A stretch of 63,887 nucleotides of DNA, the filler included, from Reclinomonas americana ATCC 50394 (taxonomy: Eukaryota), in the NCBI GenBank assembly GCA_048213135.1. It is 7 parts of 6 records of this genome, joined end to end, with 100 filler letters (N's around TTAATTAATTAA, not from the genome) between each part and the next. Parts side by side here need not be neighbours in the genome. Positions count along the whole stretch, not along the records: positions 62,135 to 63,887 come from PS015495.1; 6 more parts are not named here. One strand, written 5' to 3'. The notes under the pieces are model-generated. The model made no database searches and was not told the DNA's origin. It worked only from the letters and a program-made list of their open reading frames with translations. Positions within the stretch are counted from its first letter, which is position 1. Each line of letters opens with the position of its first letter. The position numbers and the translations under genes were made by a program. This document shows, piece after piece, positions 62,480-63,887 of this stretch.

Positions 62480-63416
62480 CCCACTCTCCGCCATCCACCA
62501 CTCACCATTCGACGCCACAAACACGTACTTCCCACACGGCGAGAAGACCAGCGCGGTGATTGTACCGACCACAGAGTCGTGCATGGCAACCCACGAGCGA
62601 GTCAAGAAATTCTCCGCATGCGACCACACCCACACAGCACCATAACAGTCGCCGAACAAAATCTCCCGCTCATCGCTACTCCACGTCACCGCACCGGTGC
62701 CAGACTGACCCAAACGAGGCGAGCTGACCCGCACACCCGTTTCTGTATCGTATACATACGCAGTATCGGCGCGCTCACCGGCGCACACAAGCAGCTTGCC
62801 GTCTCGCGACAGCGCCAACCCTCCAGGACCCACATTCGTCGTTGCCAATATGCGCAAGCACTCTCCACTGCTCACGTCCCACGTGAAAACGCGATAGTCA
62901 GATGATCCCGAGTACAGGAGACGTCCGTCGGGCGAGAACACCACGGCATTCACCGCACCGTCATGCACACGTCCACACCACACCAAAGGGCTTTCCCTCC
63001 ACTCCTCTTCCTCCTCCTCCTCCTCCTTCATGTCTTCCACTACTGCTGGTACTGGAGGACATCGCCACAGAATGACCACACAGTTGCCTTGAATGATACC
63101 GCCACTGGCCAACACCGATGAGTCTGTTGGAGAAAACGCGACCGACACCACCGAGCGAACGTGTCCCTCCAGCACGTGCAGCAAGTCGCCACTCTCCACA
63201 TCGAATACGCGGACGAGGTAGTCGCCGCAGGCGGTGGCCAGGAGCTGGAAGTGAGGAAAGGGGGGAAGAAAGGGGAGGAGGATGAGTGAGCGAGGGGGAG
63301 AGAGAGAGATTGAGTAAGAGACAGGCATGCAACTCGTTGATCATGCGACAAGGCAAGCGCGTTGATGCAGTCAGTGTGCGGCGTGTACGACTGCAGCTTG
63401 GGCCACATGAGGCACT
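62480..63416 (-). CDS. WD40-repeat protein, internal exons
   Basis: HTDCINALALS, LEGHVRSVVSVAFSP, HDGAVNAVVFSPDGRLLYSGSSDYRVFTWDV. Confidence 0.9.
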
Positions 63417-63570
63417 GAGAGAGAGGAGCGTGAGAGAAACCCAACAGGTGAATGTTGAGAGTGGAGGCAAGGGACATGCAGGTGAGAGGAACCTGGAACT
63501 GAGGAGAGAGAAGAGAGTGAAAGAAGAAAAGGAGAACGAGAACAGCAAGAGAAAGCTGAGCGTGCATACA

Positions 63571-63745
63571 GGGAGCATGCAAGAGGGAGCAACCAGGCAC
63601 TGTGTGAGCTGCCCAAGAGAGATAGAGAGTGACAGAAGAGGGAGAGAGAAGAGACTCAAAAAAGAATGAGAATAACAAGAGAAAGCAGAGTGTGGACACA
63701 AGGAGCATGCAAGAGAGAGCAACCTTGCACTGTCTGAGCTGCCCG
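63571..63745. repeat. Degenerate direct repeat of about 45 bp, two copies, in presumed intron
   Basis: GGAGCATGCAAGAG.GAGCAACC..GCACTGT.TGAGCTGCCC at about 63572 and about 63702. Confidence 0.8.
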
Positions 63746-63778
63746 GGGACCAAGAGAGAAGAGAGAGAGAAGAGAGTG

Positions 63779-63838
<60 letters not shown>

Positions 63839-63887
63839 AGACGTAGAGTAGAAGTAGAAGTGCGTGACGCGTGGACACAAGAGACAT

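Overview
Eukaryotic nuclear DNA from a draft assembly: GC-rich, gene-dense and intron-rich, with mostly short GT-AG introns. Seven segments are joined by artificial N44-TTAATTAATTAA-N44 spacers, and there are further N gaps and pyrosequencing-like noise. The gene set points to a flagellated protist (inference). Manually spliced genes include a bacterial-type MutS1/MSH1, two WD40 genes, DCAF13/SOF1, a PEX22-like gene, a long HAT/TPR protein and a Crinkler-like NTPase + restriction-endonuclease-fold + HhH gene. Also present are an NRPS/PKS-type FkbM methyltransferase, an AAAP amino-acid transporter, a coiled-coil protein with a FAM13-like tail, CCT5, a Rab32/38/29-like GTPase, a moonraker-like protein, LARP4 and an F-box protein, plus a very large secreted beta-rich repeat protein. 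Most notable: (1) same-strand gene junctions of 9, 64 and about 57 bp, possibly bicistronic or overlapping transcription; (2) the Crinkler-like gene with an apparently degenerate nuclease site; (3) the giant secreted protein with a four-fold repeated beta module; (4) MutS with alphaproteobacterial-like features; (5) fold-back structure in longer introns. All family calls come from motif recognition, not database searches.
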